DNA of 14,249 bases from Chlamydiia bacterium (GCA_038257035.1 JBBSJT010000062.1:1-14249), one strand, 5' to 3'. Counted from the first letter of the stretch, positions 1 to 7,071 are shown. Made by a program: numbers and translations. The notes: generated from the sequence alone by a model not told the origin.

Positions 1-110
1 CTAATTGGATGATACGCATTTTCCATATTTTTGTCTTTTGTAGAAGGGCATAAGCTTATTTTCTAAAATTTTTCAGCTTAATGATCTCTCCAAAAAAACA
101 CAAGCTATGA

Positions 111-470
111 TTTTCAACATTTTTTACCACAAAGTTTGTCTATCACCTTTTTGTTTCCATTTTTTTACCGCAAAGATTCCACCATTTTTTTTTCCTTTTT
201 TCACCGCGAAGGACGCGAAGAAAGACGCGAAGGCGCGCGAAGAAGCGCAGCTTATGCTGCGAGGTGTTACAACAAGAAGAATCTGCAACTTACAGTTTAT
301 TAAGGATAGTCTTCAACTGTTTGCTTCTCGCAGCATAAGCTGCGCTTCTTCGCGCTCTTCGCGGTAAAAAAAGGTGAAAATAACGTTATATCAATTTACC
401 TTCTTCGCGGTGAAAAATGTTAAAAAACCGTGAATGTTAGACTGTCTTGGTAATCTTTGTGGTAAAAAAA
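111..470. repeat. Nested inverted-repeat (REP/MITE-like) element upstream of sctJ
   Basis: Perfect 29-bp IR GCGCGAAGAAGCGCAGCTTATGCTGCGAG at 235-263 / 327-355 with a 63-bp spacer. Three left end motifs T-tract+ACC(A/G)C(A/G)AAG (ACC at 126, 167, 203) are mirrored by three right motifs CTT(C/T)G(C/T)GGT+A-tract (GGT ending at 365, 411, 463). 160-178 vs 452-470 match 18/19 as an IR. Confidence 0.85.
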
Positions 471-583
471 GCATAGAAGCGTAATATTCTATAGAAAAAA
501 TAAAAGAATATGCTAGTCTCTGCCATATATGAGATAAAGCTATTCTTTTGAGGATTTTATAAAAAATTAAATAAGAGAACTAT

Positions 584-1579
584 ATGACTATAAATTCCAC
601 GACTAACCAAAACTTATTCAAGCCACTCCTTCGATTCCTCCATTATGCGTTTATTTTTTGTTTAATTATTCCTCTTTTAACAAGCTGTGCCAATCCAAAA
701 ACTATTGTGAATGGTTTAGATGAAAGAGAAGCTAATGAAATCCTTGTTTTCCTAGCTTCCAAAGGAATTAATGCTGAAAAAGCTGAAAGTAAGGCTGCAG
801 CCGGCGGTGGAGCCAAAGAAATTAAATGGGACATTGTCGTTAAAGAAGAAGAAGCCAACCAGGCAATGGCCATATTAAATCAAAGCGGTCTACCAAGAAG
901 GCGGAGTCAAAATCTTCTTGGAATTTTTTCGAACGTCGGACTTGTTCCTTCTGCAATGGAGCAGCAAATACGTTATCAGGCAGGCCTTGCTGAACAAGTG
1001 GCTAGCACAATCCGAAAAATCGATGGAATTTTAGATGCCGAAGTTCAAATTTCATTTCCAAAAGAAGATCCTTTAAACCCAGAGAAAAAAACAGGAAAAA
1101 TCACTGCCTCAGTTTATGTTAAACATAATGGTGTCTTAGATGATCCTAACAGTTATTTGATTACAAGAATTAAACGACTGGTAGAAGCCTCTGTCACCGG
1201 ATTAACGTTTGATAATGTGACAGTTATTCCTGATCGCGCTCGTTTTAATGAATTGCCAAGCGGAAATTTAGGAGTTGCTGAAGAAAAAAGCTTCATCAAT
1301 GTCTGGGGTTTAATCATTGGAAAGGAATCCCTTACAGCATTTAGAATTGTTTTTTTCTCATTTTTAATTGCAACGGTACTACTTCTTTTGTCTCTTATTT
1401 GGCTGATCTGGAAAATTTTCCCTGTACTCGAAGCTAATGGGGGCATAAAAGAGCTTTTTCACTTAGAACCTTTAAAGACAGAAAAAAAAGCTGTTGAAGA
1501 AGCAAAAACTGAAGAGGATTTAGAAAATGAAAAAACTAAAGAATCGACAGTCAATAAAGATTTTGACGAGACAGAATAA
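584..1579 (+). CDS. sctJ: Type III secretion inner-membrane ring lipoprotein SctJ (CdsJ/YscJ family)
   Basis: Lipobox LLTS-C; YscJ/PrgK motifs GLDEREANEILVFL, GLP, GLVPS..E..RY, IDGILDAEVQIS, TASVYVKH, VEASVTGL..DNVTV; C-terminal TM helix and acidic tail as in chlamydial CdsJ; first gene of the J-K-L-R-S-T cluster. Confidence 0.96.
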   Translation: MTINSTTNQNLFKPLLRFLHYAFIFCLIIPLLTSCANPKTIVNGLDEREANEILVFLASKGINAEKAESKAAAGGGAKEIKWDIVVKEEEANQAMAILNQSGLPRRRSQNLLGIFSNVGLVPSAMEQQIRYQAGLAEQVASTIRKIDGILDAEVQISFPKEDPLNPEKKTGKITASVYVKHNGVLDDPNSYLITRIKRLVEASVTGLTFDNVTVIPDRARFNELPSGNLGVAEEKSFINVWGLIIGKESLTAFRIVFFSFLIATVLLLLSLIWLIWKIFPVLEANGGIKELFHLEPLKTEKKAVEEAKTEEDLENEKTKESTVNKDFDETE

Positions 1580-1581
1580 CA

Positions 1582-2451
1582 ATGGGAATGCAATCTAAAG
1601 ATTGGTTAATTTTTCGTATCCTCACCAATAAGTTTCATCCGGATTCAAGGGATCTTTTTTTAAAAAATTTGCCCTCCCCCGAAGTTGAGAAGGTGCTGGA
1701 TCAAAACTTTTCATCAACAGATGCATCGCTTCTTCTTATTCAACCGCAATTTCTAATTGAGAAAATTCATTACTCCTGGTTTTTAGAAACGTTTAAAGGG
1801 ATACCAAAAGCTCTGCAACCTGCACTTTTAGCATCTCTTCCAAAAACCTTAAGCGAAGGGATTAGTAAAACGCTGAATATTCCTTTAAAAAGGATGGAGA
1901 TCTCATTACCTATTAAAAGGTATTTAATCAACATGCTCTATACTCGGTTTGAAAAAAAAGAAATTCTTCCGAATGAATTTTTACCTGACAATCCCCTCAA
2001 TTTAATACTTAGCTTTTCTAAACAAAAAATTGTGACCATCATTGATTATTTAGGGCTCTATGATTTAAGCGACGAATTAAGACATATCGTAGAAAAAAAC
2101 TTACTAAAAAAAGTTTATTCATGCCTCTCTTTAAAAAAACAGCAATTTTTGAAAAATATTCTCAATCAAAAAGAAAAGCTCCTCTCGCCACGACTTGAAA
2201 TTACCGACGAAAACTTAGATAGAGGGAAATTAGAAGCCACATTGCATAAAAGAGGCCTTATACGTCTTTCTCAAGCGCTTTCTGGAAAACACAAAGATTT
2301 TGTATGGCATATTGTGCATCTTTTAGATTCAGGACGCGGTCAAATGATTGCTACCCATTATAAGCCCCAAGAAATTCCAGTTGTGTCTGAGGCTTTAACC
2401 CACCAAGTGGTCAATGTTATTAATTATTTAAATAAGACGAGTCAAACGTGA
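1582..2451 (+). CDS. sctK: Conserved chlamydial T3SS protein between sctJ and sctL (CT560-like, probable sorting-platform SctK)
   Basis: 289-aa soluble ORF starting 2 nt after the sctJ stop and overlapping the sctL start (GTGA); contains IHYSW and IDYLGLYDL motifs I recognise from chlamydial CT560-like proteins. The SctK name rests on the canonical sctJ-sctK-sctL synteny. Start may be ATG 1582 or 1588. Confidence 0.75.
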   Translation: MGMQSKDWLIFRILTNKFHPDSRDLFLKNLPSPEVEKVLDQNFSSTDASLLLIQPQFLIEKIHYSWFLETFKGIPKALQPALLASLPKTLSEGISKTLNIPLKRMEISLPIKRYLINMLYTRFEKKEILPNEFLPDNPLNLILSFSKQKIVTIIDYLGLYDLSDELRHIVEKNLLKKVYSCLSLKKQQFLKNILNQKEKLLSPRLEITDENLDRGKLEATLHKRGLIRLSQALSGKHKDFVWHIVHLLDSGRGQMIATHYKPQEIPVVSEALTHQVVNVINYLNKTSQT

Positions 2452-3086
2452 ATAAGCATTTTTTTTCTCTAATTACCGGAGATGAGATTCATATAGCCCC
2501 TGAAACAAAGTTCATTCCGGCTATTGAATTTTCAACCCTTCTTGATGCAAGCACTGTTTTAACAAAAGCCAAAGATGAAGCAGAAAAGTATAAAATTGAA
2601 GTTGTCACCGAATGTGAAAAATTAAAAGAACAAGCTCTTAAAGAGGGTTATGAAAAAGGGTTTGAAACATGGGTTGAACAAATAGCAAAACTTCAAAATG
2701 AAATTAACGAAGTGCGCAAGAGTTCTGAAAAAAAGATTATTCCTATCGCATTAAAAGCTGCTAAAAAAATTGTTGGAAAAGAAATTGAATTGTCAAGTGG
2801 AGTGATTGTTGATATTGTTTCAAACTACTTGAAAGCTGTTTCAACACATAAAAAAATTACTATCTATGTAAATAAAAAAGATTTAAGTGACCTTGAAAAC
2901 AATCGAGCACGCCTAAAAGAAATTTTTGAAAGCCTTGAGGCCCTCTCCATAAGGGAAAGATCCGATATTGAACAGGGAGGTTGTGTGATTGAAACTGAAG
3001 GTGGCATTATTAATGCCAAACTTGAAAATCAATGGAGCATCATGGAAAATGCATTCAATGCCATGATAAAAAATAATGATAGTTAA
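2448..3086 (+). CDS. sctL: Type III secretion stator protein SctL (YscL/FliH/HrpE family)
   Basis: GTG start overlapping the upstream TGA; AxxxG(xxxG) repeat (ALKEGYEKGF), coiled-coil centre and C-terminal GGCVIETEGGIINA motif of FliH/YscL. Confidence 0.94.
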   Translation: MNKHFFSLITGDEIHIAPETKFIPAIEFSTLLDASTVLTKAKDEAEKYKIEVVTECEKLKEQALKEGYEKGFETWVEQIAKLQNEINEVRKSSEKKIIPIALKAAKKIVGKEIELSSGVIVDIVSNYLKAVSTHKKITIYVNKKDLSDLENNRARLKEIFESLEALSIRERSDIEQGGCVIETEGGIINAKLENQWSIMENAFNAMIKNNDS

Positions 3087-3246
3087 CTCGGCTTTGCAAA
3101 TTTTTAAGATCCATCTTCTCAAGAGATGCTGCCTACAGCTAAATAAATTTCTCGAAAGGGGTAGAAAACCCCTTCCTTCTAAATTTATTACGCTGTAGTT
3201 TGCCTCTCTTGAGAATATGAACCTGAAAAATTAGAAAGTCGAGCTA
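3084..3246. repeat. 163-bp imperfect palindromic element (MITE-like / long hairpin) between sctL and sctR
   Basis: Arms 3084-3162 and 3168-3246 pair along their length (roughly three-quarters identity by manual alignment). Perfect blocks: TTCTCAAGAGA 3116-3126/3205-3215, CTACAGC 3133-3139/3192-3198, AATAAATTT 3142-3150/3181-3189, AAGGGGT 3156-3162/3168-3174. Loop AGAAA; begins and ends with TA. Confidence 0.85.
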
Positions 3247-3274
3247 AAGAAACAAACAAACCTTAAGGTTTTAC

Positions 3275-4201
3275 ATGTCACTTAATAAAATATGCAAGCT
3301 GTTAATATGCTTCACTACTATTGTAGGATTTTTTTGTATTTCGCCAAGCTCACTTTTTTCTCAAAATACTCCTGATAGAGGAGCGGTTCAACAACAAACC
3401 CAAAACTCTTCACTTCAGAGGGTAACAACTTCTATAAGACCTGAGACCAATAGAGGTCCCACCGGAGCAACAGCTATAAATTCTGCCGCTCAATCATTTG
3501 CTGATACAAGATTTCCATTGGATGTTTCAAGACGTCCTTCCTTGATCACTCAGGCAGCTTCCTTAACGCTTTTGTCCTTGCTGCCTTTTATCATCATGAT
3601 TTTAACATCTTTCTTAAAAATCGTGATTGTTCTTTCCTTATTACGAAGTGCGCTTGGGGTTCAGCAAGCTCCACCCAACCAGATCATTAACGGCGTTGCC
3701 TTTATGCTAAGCTTATTCATCATGTACCCGACCGTTCTTTTGATGTATGATGCAGCGCAAAACGTGATCACTAAAACTGCAGCTCCAGATTCTCTAGTAG
3801 CAACCGAATCATCAGCCTATATTATGGCTATTGCGATAGAGGCAAGAGAACCCTTACGAGGTTTTTTAAAACGAAACTCAAGTATTGCTCACCAGGCTCT
3901 TTTTTATAGACTTTCCTACCGCATTTTACCGGAAGATCATCGTGCGAATTTAAAACCTGAAGATTTTATGGTAATCGTTCCGGCCTATATCACAAGCCAA
4001 TTAAAAGATGCCTTTGAAATCGGTGTGCTTATTTATATTCCATTTTTTGTTATCGATCTTGTGACTTCTAACATTTTGCTTGCTATGGGTATGATGATGC
4101 TTTCCCCTGTAACCATTTCGATGCCATTGAAATTATTTTTACTTGTGATGCTCGATGGTTGGACATTGCTCATTGAAGGTCTTGTAAACACATTTAGGTA
4201 G
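3275..4201 (+). CDS. sctR: Type III secretion export gate subunit SctR (YscR/FliP family)
   Basis: Motifs TSFLKIVIVLSLLRSALGVQQAPPNQ, PAYITSQLKDAFEIG, PFFVIDL..SNILLAMGMMMLSPVTISMPLKL.LLV.LDGW; N-terminal signal-peptide-like extension. Confidence 0.97.
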   Translation: MSLNKICKLLICFTTIVGFFCISPSSLFSQNTPDRGAVQQQTQNSSLQRVTTSIRPETNRGPTGATAINSAAQSFADTRFPLDVSRRPSLITQAASLTLLSLLPFIIMILTSFLKIVIVLSLLRSALGVQQAPPNQIINGVAFMLSLFIMYPTVLLMYDAAQNVITKTAAPDSLVATESSAYIMAIAIEAREPLRGFLKRNSSIAHQALFYRLSYRILPEDHRANLKPEDFMVIVPAYITSQLKDAFEIGVLIYIPFFVIDLVTSNILLAMGMMMLSPVTISMPLKLFLLVMLDGWTLLIEGLVNTFR

Positions 4202-4210
4202 GTTTTTAGT

Positions 4211-4489
4211 ATGTTTCAAACTCATGTTATTCAGCTTGCCTATCAGGGCCTGTTGCTGATCCTTATTTTGTCGGCCCCCCCTATTTTGGTTAGTATGTTT
4301 TTTGGAATCTTAGTGGCAATTTTCCAAGCCGCTACCCAAATCCAGGAACAAACGTTATCATTTACAATTAAATTGGTGGCCGTAACATTAACTTTGATGC
4401 TTCTTGGGCCTTGGCTTGGAGCGCAAATCATGTCTTTTGCATTAGATATTTTTACAAATTTCCCTGAATGGACCTTGGTTAAGCAATGA
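4211..4489 (+). CDS. sctS: Type III secretion export gate subunit SctS (YscS/FliQ family)
   Basis: 92-aa hydrophobic protein with the signature FQAATQIQEQTLSF.IKL; lies between sctR and sctT. Confidence 0.97.
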   Translation: MFQTHVIQLAYQGLLLILILSAPPILVSMFFGILVAIFQAATQIQEQTLSFTIKLVAVTLTLMLLGPWLGAQIMSFALDIFTNFPEWTLVKQ

Positions 4490-4502
4490 TGGAAATCTAC
4501 TG

Positions 4503-5369
4503 ATGTCAGATGCTTATCTTACAATTTTTTTAAACAGCGCACTGTCAGGTGGGAATCTCTGGTCGCCGCTTGCCTTGATGTTTTTATTTTTTGCAAGATT
4601 TTTGCCCATCATTGCCCTTGCTCCTTTTTTTGGTGCAAGAGTGCTTCCACATCCTGTTAAAGTTGTTTTTGCGACTTGCATGTTTACCATATTTCTTCCC
4701 AAATTATTAGAAGTAACAACGACTCCTCTATCGTTTGATTCTTCAATGCTTCTGTATTTGGTAAAGGAAATGTTTGTTGGCTTTATTATGGGGTTTCTCA
4801 TTGGAATGCCCTTTATGATTGTGCAAAATACAGGGATTATTATTGACCACCAACGCGGTGGTGCAAGCTTGATGGTTAATGATCCAACAATTCAAAACCA
4901 ATCCTCACCGCTTGGAACATTGTATAATTTCATTTTGATCGCAATTTTTTATATGCTTGATGGCCCTTTTTTATTTATTGACGCACTTGTCACCTCTTAT
5001 GAAATAATCCCTCCCGATCAATTCTTTAGTCGAAGTTTCTTTGCAGCCGATTCACCTTTTTGGAGTGTGCAAATGGTGGACTTGCTTAATAAAATGATGG
5101 TGGTAACAATCCGCTTGGCATCTCCTGCACTTCTAACAATTTTAATGACAGATGTTTTTTTAGGTATTGCTAATCGCATGGCACCTCAAGTACAAATTAC
5201 CTTCTTAGGGATGCCCTTAAAGTCACTTTTAGCACTGGCGGTAGTATTTTTAGGTTGGCAGCTTTTTACAGAAGAACTTGCACACGAAATTTATTATTGG
5301 CTAAGCTACATCAATAGCACATTGATACTCTTTAAATCCTCGATGGGTGTCACTGGAAGTGGGGTATAG
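4503..5369 (+). CDS. sctT: Type III secretion export gate subunit SctT (YscT/FliR family)
   Basis: Polytopic membrane protein with KEMFVG, G.IIDHQRG, LASP, D..LGIANRMAPQVQI and MPLKSL motifs. Confidence 0.96.
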   Translation: MSDAYLTIFLNSALSGGNLWSPLALMFLFFARFLPIIALAPFFGARVLPHPVKVVFATCMFTIFLPKLLEVTTTPLSFDSSMLLYLVKEMFVGFIMGFLIGMPFMIVQNTGIIIDHQRGGASLMVNDPTIQNQSSPLGTLYNFILIAIFYMLDGPFLFIDALVTSYEIIPPDQFFSRSFFAADSPFWSVQMVDLLNKMMVVTIRLASPALLTILMTDVFLGIANRMAPQVQITFLGMPLKSLLALAVVFLGWQLFTEELAHEIYYWLSYINSTLILFKSSMGVTGSGV

Positions 5370-5422
5370 TATTACAGGTAGGGTATAGGAGAATTTGAGG
5401 GTTTAAAACTTGAAGAAGGGAC

Positions 5423-5586
5423 TTTAAAGGACAAAAAGGACTAAAGGGACACAAAGGACTAAAAGGACATTTCAACCCTTTTGACACATGTTCAGGATAA
5501 AGTTAATTTGCTTTGAAGATACTTCCAAGACGGTGGGCATGTCCTTTTAGTCCTTTAAGTCCTTTTTGTCCTTTTAGTCCTTTAAA
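5423..5586. repeat. Inverted pair of 9-bp tandem arrays (AAAGGACNN x5 / NNGTCCTTT x5) downstream of sctT
   Basis: Left units 5426-5470: AAAGGACAA, AAAGGACTA, AAGGGACAC, AAAGGACTA, AAAGGACAT. Right units 5539-5583 are their inverse. Arms 5423-5470 / 5539-5586 match 43/48 with the inner 18 bp perfect; 68-bp spacer. Additional outer IR GGAGAATTT 5388-5396 / AAATTCTCC 5585-5593. Confidence 0.9.
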
Positions 5587-5637
5587 ATTCTCCAAAATCC
5601 TTTTTCTTCTTTTTGTCCTTCAAATTCAGGTAACTCC

Positions 5638-6429
5638 TTGCAAGCAATCACTGACCATTATTTTCCAGAATATATTGTCAAGGTACCTACCACCCAAAAT
5701 ACGCTTTGCAAACTCTTTGCAGCCTCTCTGCTAAATACAGCAGTTACATGCTACTACCTTTCAAAAGAAAGAATCGTTCATCTAACTAAGCATCAGCTAT
5801 TTAGAATGGCTTTTCAAGTCACCAACCCTCTCATTCCGGTAGTAACATTAATTTTAACTACTTTAGCCTTAACATCATTAGCGTTAAGAGTATTCAATAA
5901 AGAATCAAAAACCTTTTTAATTACCTGCAATAAAATTGCTTCATTTTCATTGGTCAATACATTTGCCTTAAGCTATTTTTCCATCTATATCCATGAATTG
6001 GGTCATGCAATATCTGCCATCGCATGTTTCAATACACCTGGAGTTAAAATAATCATTTCACCGTTTCTTTCGGGTAAAACAATTTATGCCGTTTCTTATG
6101 GGATGACTAAAATCGGAAGTATTTTTGGAAGAGAACGCGCACTTTTGATGATTTCTGCAAGCGGCTTTGCAGCTTCGGGAACGTTTTGTTTGTTAATGAT
6201 TTACGTATCAAAAACAATAAAAGAATGGGAAGTTTTATTGCAAAACATTGCCCTTTCACAAATTTTATCAGAACTCATTCACGCTTCATCAGTCTTAATT
6301 TTAGACGACATGGAGGGTTGCCACGACTTAACTTACTTGCATTTCTTTGGAAATATACATCCCCTTATACCCGTTTCCTTCCTCACGCTCATTTGCCTCC
6401 ACACCCTTTACCATAAAATAAAGACTTAA
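5638..6429 (+). CDS. Putative membrane zinc metallopeptidase, M50/M50B-like
   Basis: Several hydrophobic segments; HExxH motif (YIHELGH) at the end of a TM segment, a downstream ISASG segment resembling the M50B 'AG' motif, and a late Asp (GCHDL) as candidate third Zn ligand. The TTG start is uncertain. Confidence 0.7.
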   Translation: MQAITDHYFPEYIVKVPTTQNTLCKLFAASLLNTAVTCYYLSKERIVHLTKHQLFRMAFQVTNPLIPVVTLILTTLALTSLALRVFNKESKTFLITCNKIASFSLVNTFALSYFSIYIHELGHAISAIACFNTPGVKIIISPFLSGKTIYAVSYGMTKIGSIFGRERALLMISASGFAASGTFCLLMIYVSKTIKEWEVLLQNIALSQILSELIHASSVLILDDMEGCHDLTYLHFFGNIHPLIPVSFLTLICLHTLYHKIKT

Positions 6430-6509
6430 AGGGGCTTAAGAAACATCTTCTACCTCTCTCCCTCTTGCTCTCTTTCTCTGTGCTCTCTCTTGAAAAAAAA
6501 ACGGTTACA

Positions 6510-6920
6510 CTAATTATTGGGTAATATAATCTTCATTGCTAAAACCCCAACTAGCATTCCTAAAAACAAAAAAGGAAGCAGAATAAAAACTGTCACGAAT
6601 AAAGCTGCAAGTACAAGTATGCGCACTAAACCTTGTTCTTCGATTAATCCATTAAAATTCTTTACGATGTAAATAATTTCATCGGAAAAATAGAGGCCCG
6701 TGATTAATCCTATAAGCAATCCTCCCCATTGTGGCTCAAAAAACATGAGGATTATTCCTATAATTAAAAGAATGTAGGCAAGTGTGTCTTTTGTGTTTGA
6801 CTTGGCAAAGTTAAACACACCATCCACATTTTCATTATTTTTCAAATTATCAAATTTTTTGGTTAATCTTTCTTTGAAAGATTCATCTTCATCCGGTTTT
6901 TTTGGATCCGTATAAGTCAT
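6510..6920 (-). CDS. Conserved chlamydial small membrane protein, CT565-like (two bilobed hydrophobic regions)
   Basis: Charged N-terminus (KKPDEDESFKERLTKKFDNLK) followed by two hydrophobic hairpins (…WGGLLIGLITGLYFSDEI…, …GLVRILVLAALF…). Size, architecture and convergent position after sctT match my recollection of CT565. GGGGG lies 6 nt before ATG 6920 (alternative ATG 6926). Confidence 0.75.
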   Translation of the reverse strand: MTYTDPKKPDEDESFKERLTKKFDNLKNNENVDGVFNFAKSNTKDTLAYILLIIGIILMFFEPQWGGLLIGLITGLYFSDEIIYIVKNFNGLIEEQGLVRILVLAALFVTVFILLPFLFLGMLVGVLAMKIILPNN

Positions 6921-6958
6921 TAACATCCCCCATAAAAAAAATTCTATCTGCTGTTTGC

Positions 6959-7043
6959 ACTAGAACAAATTCAGAAAAAGTTGGCAAGATATATTTTTAA
7001 ATACGCTAAATACTTTTCATAATTTGGATCAATCTGATATGCT
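6959..7043. promoter_or_regulatory. Candidate divergent sigma66/sigma70 promoters between the CT565-like gene and the T2SS operon
   Basis: Minus strand: TTGCCA (6987-6982), 17 nt, TCTAGT (6964-6959). Plus strand: extended -10 TGaTATGCT at 7035-7043, upstream of ATG 7072. Motif matches only, in AT-rich DNA. Confidence 0.3.
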
Positions 7044-7071
7044 TGGGTTAAAACTCTGTATAAGTTATGTG

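Noticed and set aside
1..26. Possible start of a divergent minus-strand gene (ATG GAA AAT GCG TAT CAT CCA ATT…)
   Set aside because: Only 8 codons are visible and there is no clear RBS; it cannot be supported from this window.
107..367. 86-aa plus-strand ORF
   Set aside because: It is the translation of the nested IR element (FFTAK repeats, AKDAKKDAK); no RBS, low-complexity product.
111..470. CRISPR array interpretation of the repeated end motifs with 36-52 bp steps
   Set aside because: The repeats are short, degenerate and switch orientation halfway; steps are irregular and there are no cas genes in the window.
486..514. Candidate sctJ promoter (-10 TATGCT at 509-514)
   Set aside because: No convincing -35 hexamer at 16-18 bp; too weak to call in AT-rich DNA.
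584..5369. Flagellar assignment (fliF/fliH/fliPQR)
   Set aside because: The first gene is a ~330-aa lipoprotein (SctJ), not FliF, and the order J-K-L-R-S-T with no flagellar genes matches the chlamydial injectisome cluster.
5362..5388. Direct repeat GGGTATAG (5362-5369, 5381-5388) as a target-site duplication
   Set aside because: Both copies lie on the same side of the 9-mer element, and no matching copy was seen on its right flank.
5513..5734. 73-aa ORF with CPFSPLSPFCPFSPL
   Set aside because: The tripeptide periodicity comes from the 9-bp array; TTG start; overlaps the peptidase ORF.
7024..7071. Longer N-termini from the ORF track for the CT573-like gene (7024), and likewise gspE (10908) and gspG (13734)
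   Set aside because: Downstream ATGs have better RBS or domain context, and for gspE and gspG they avoid long overlaps with the upstream gene.
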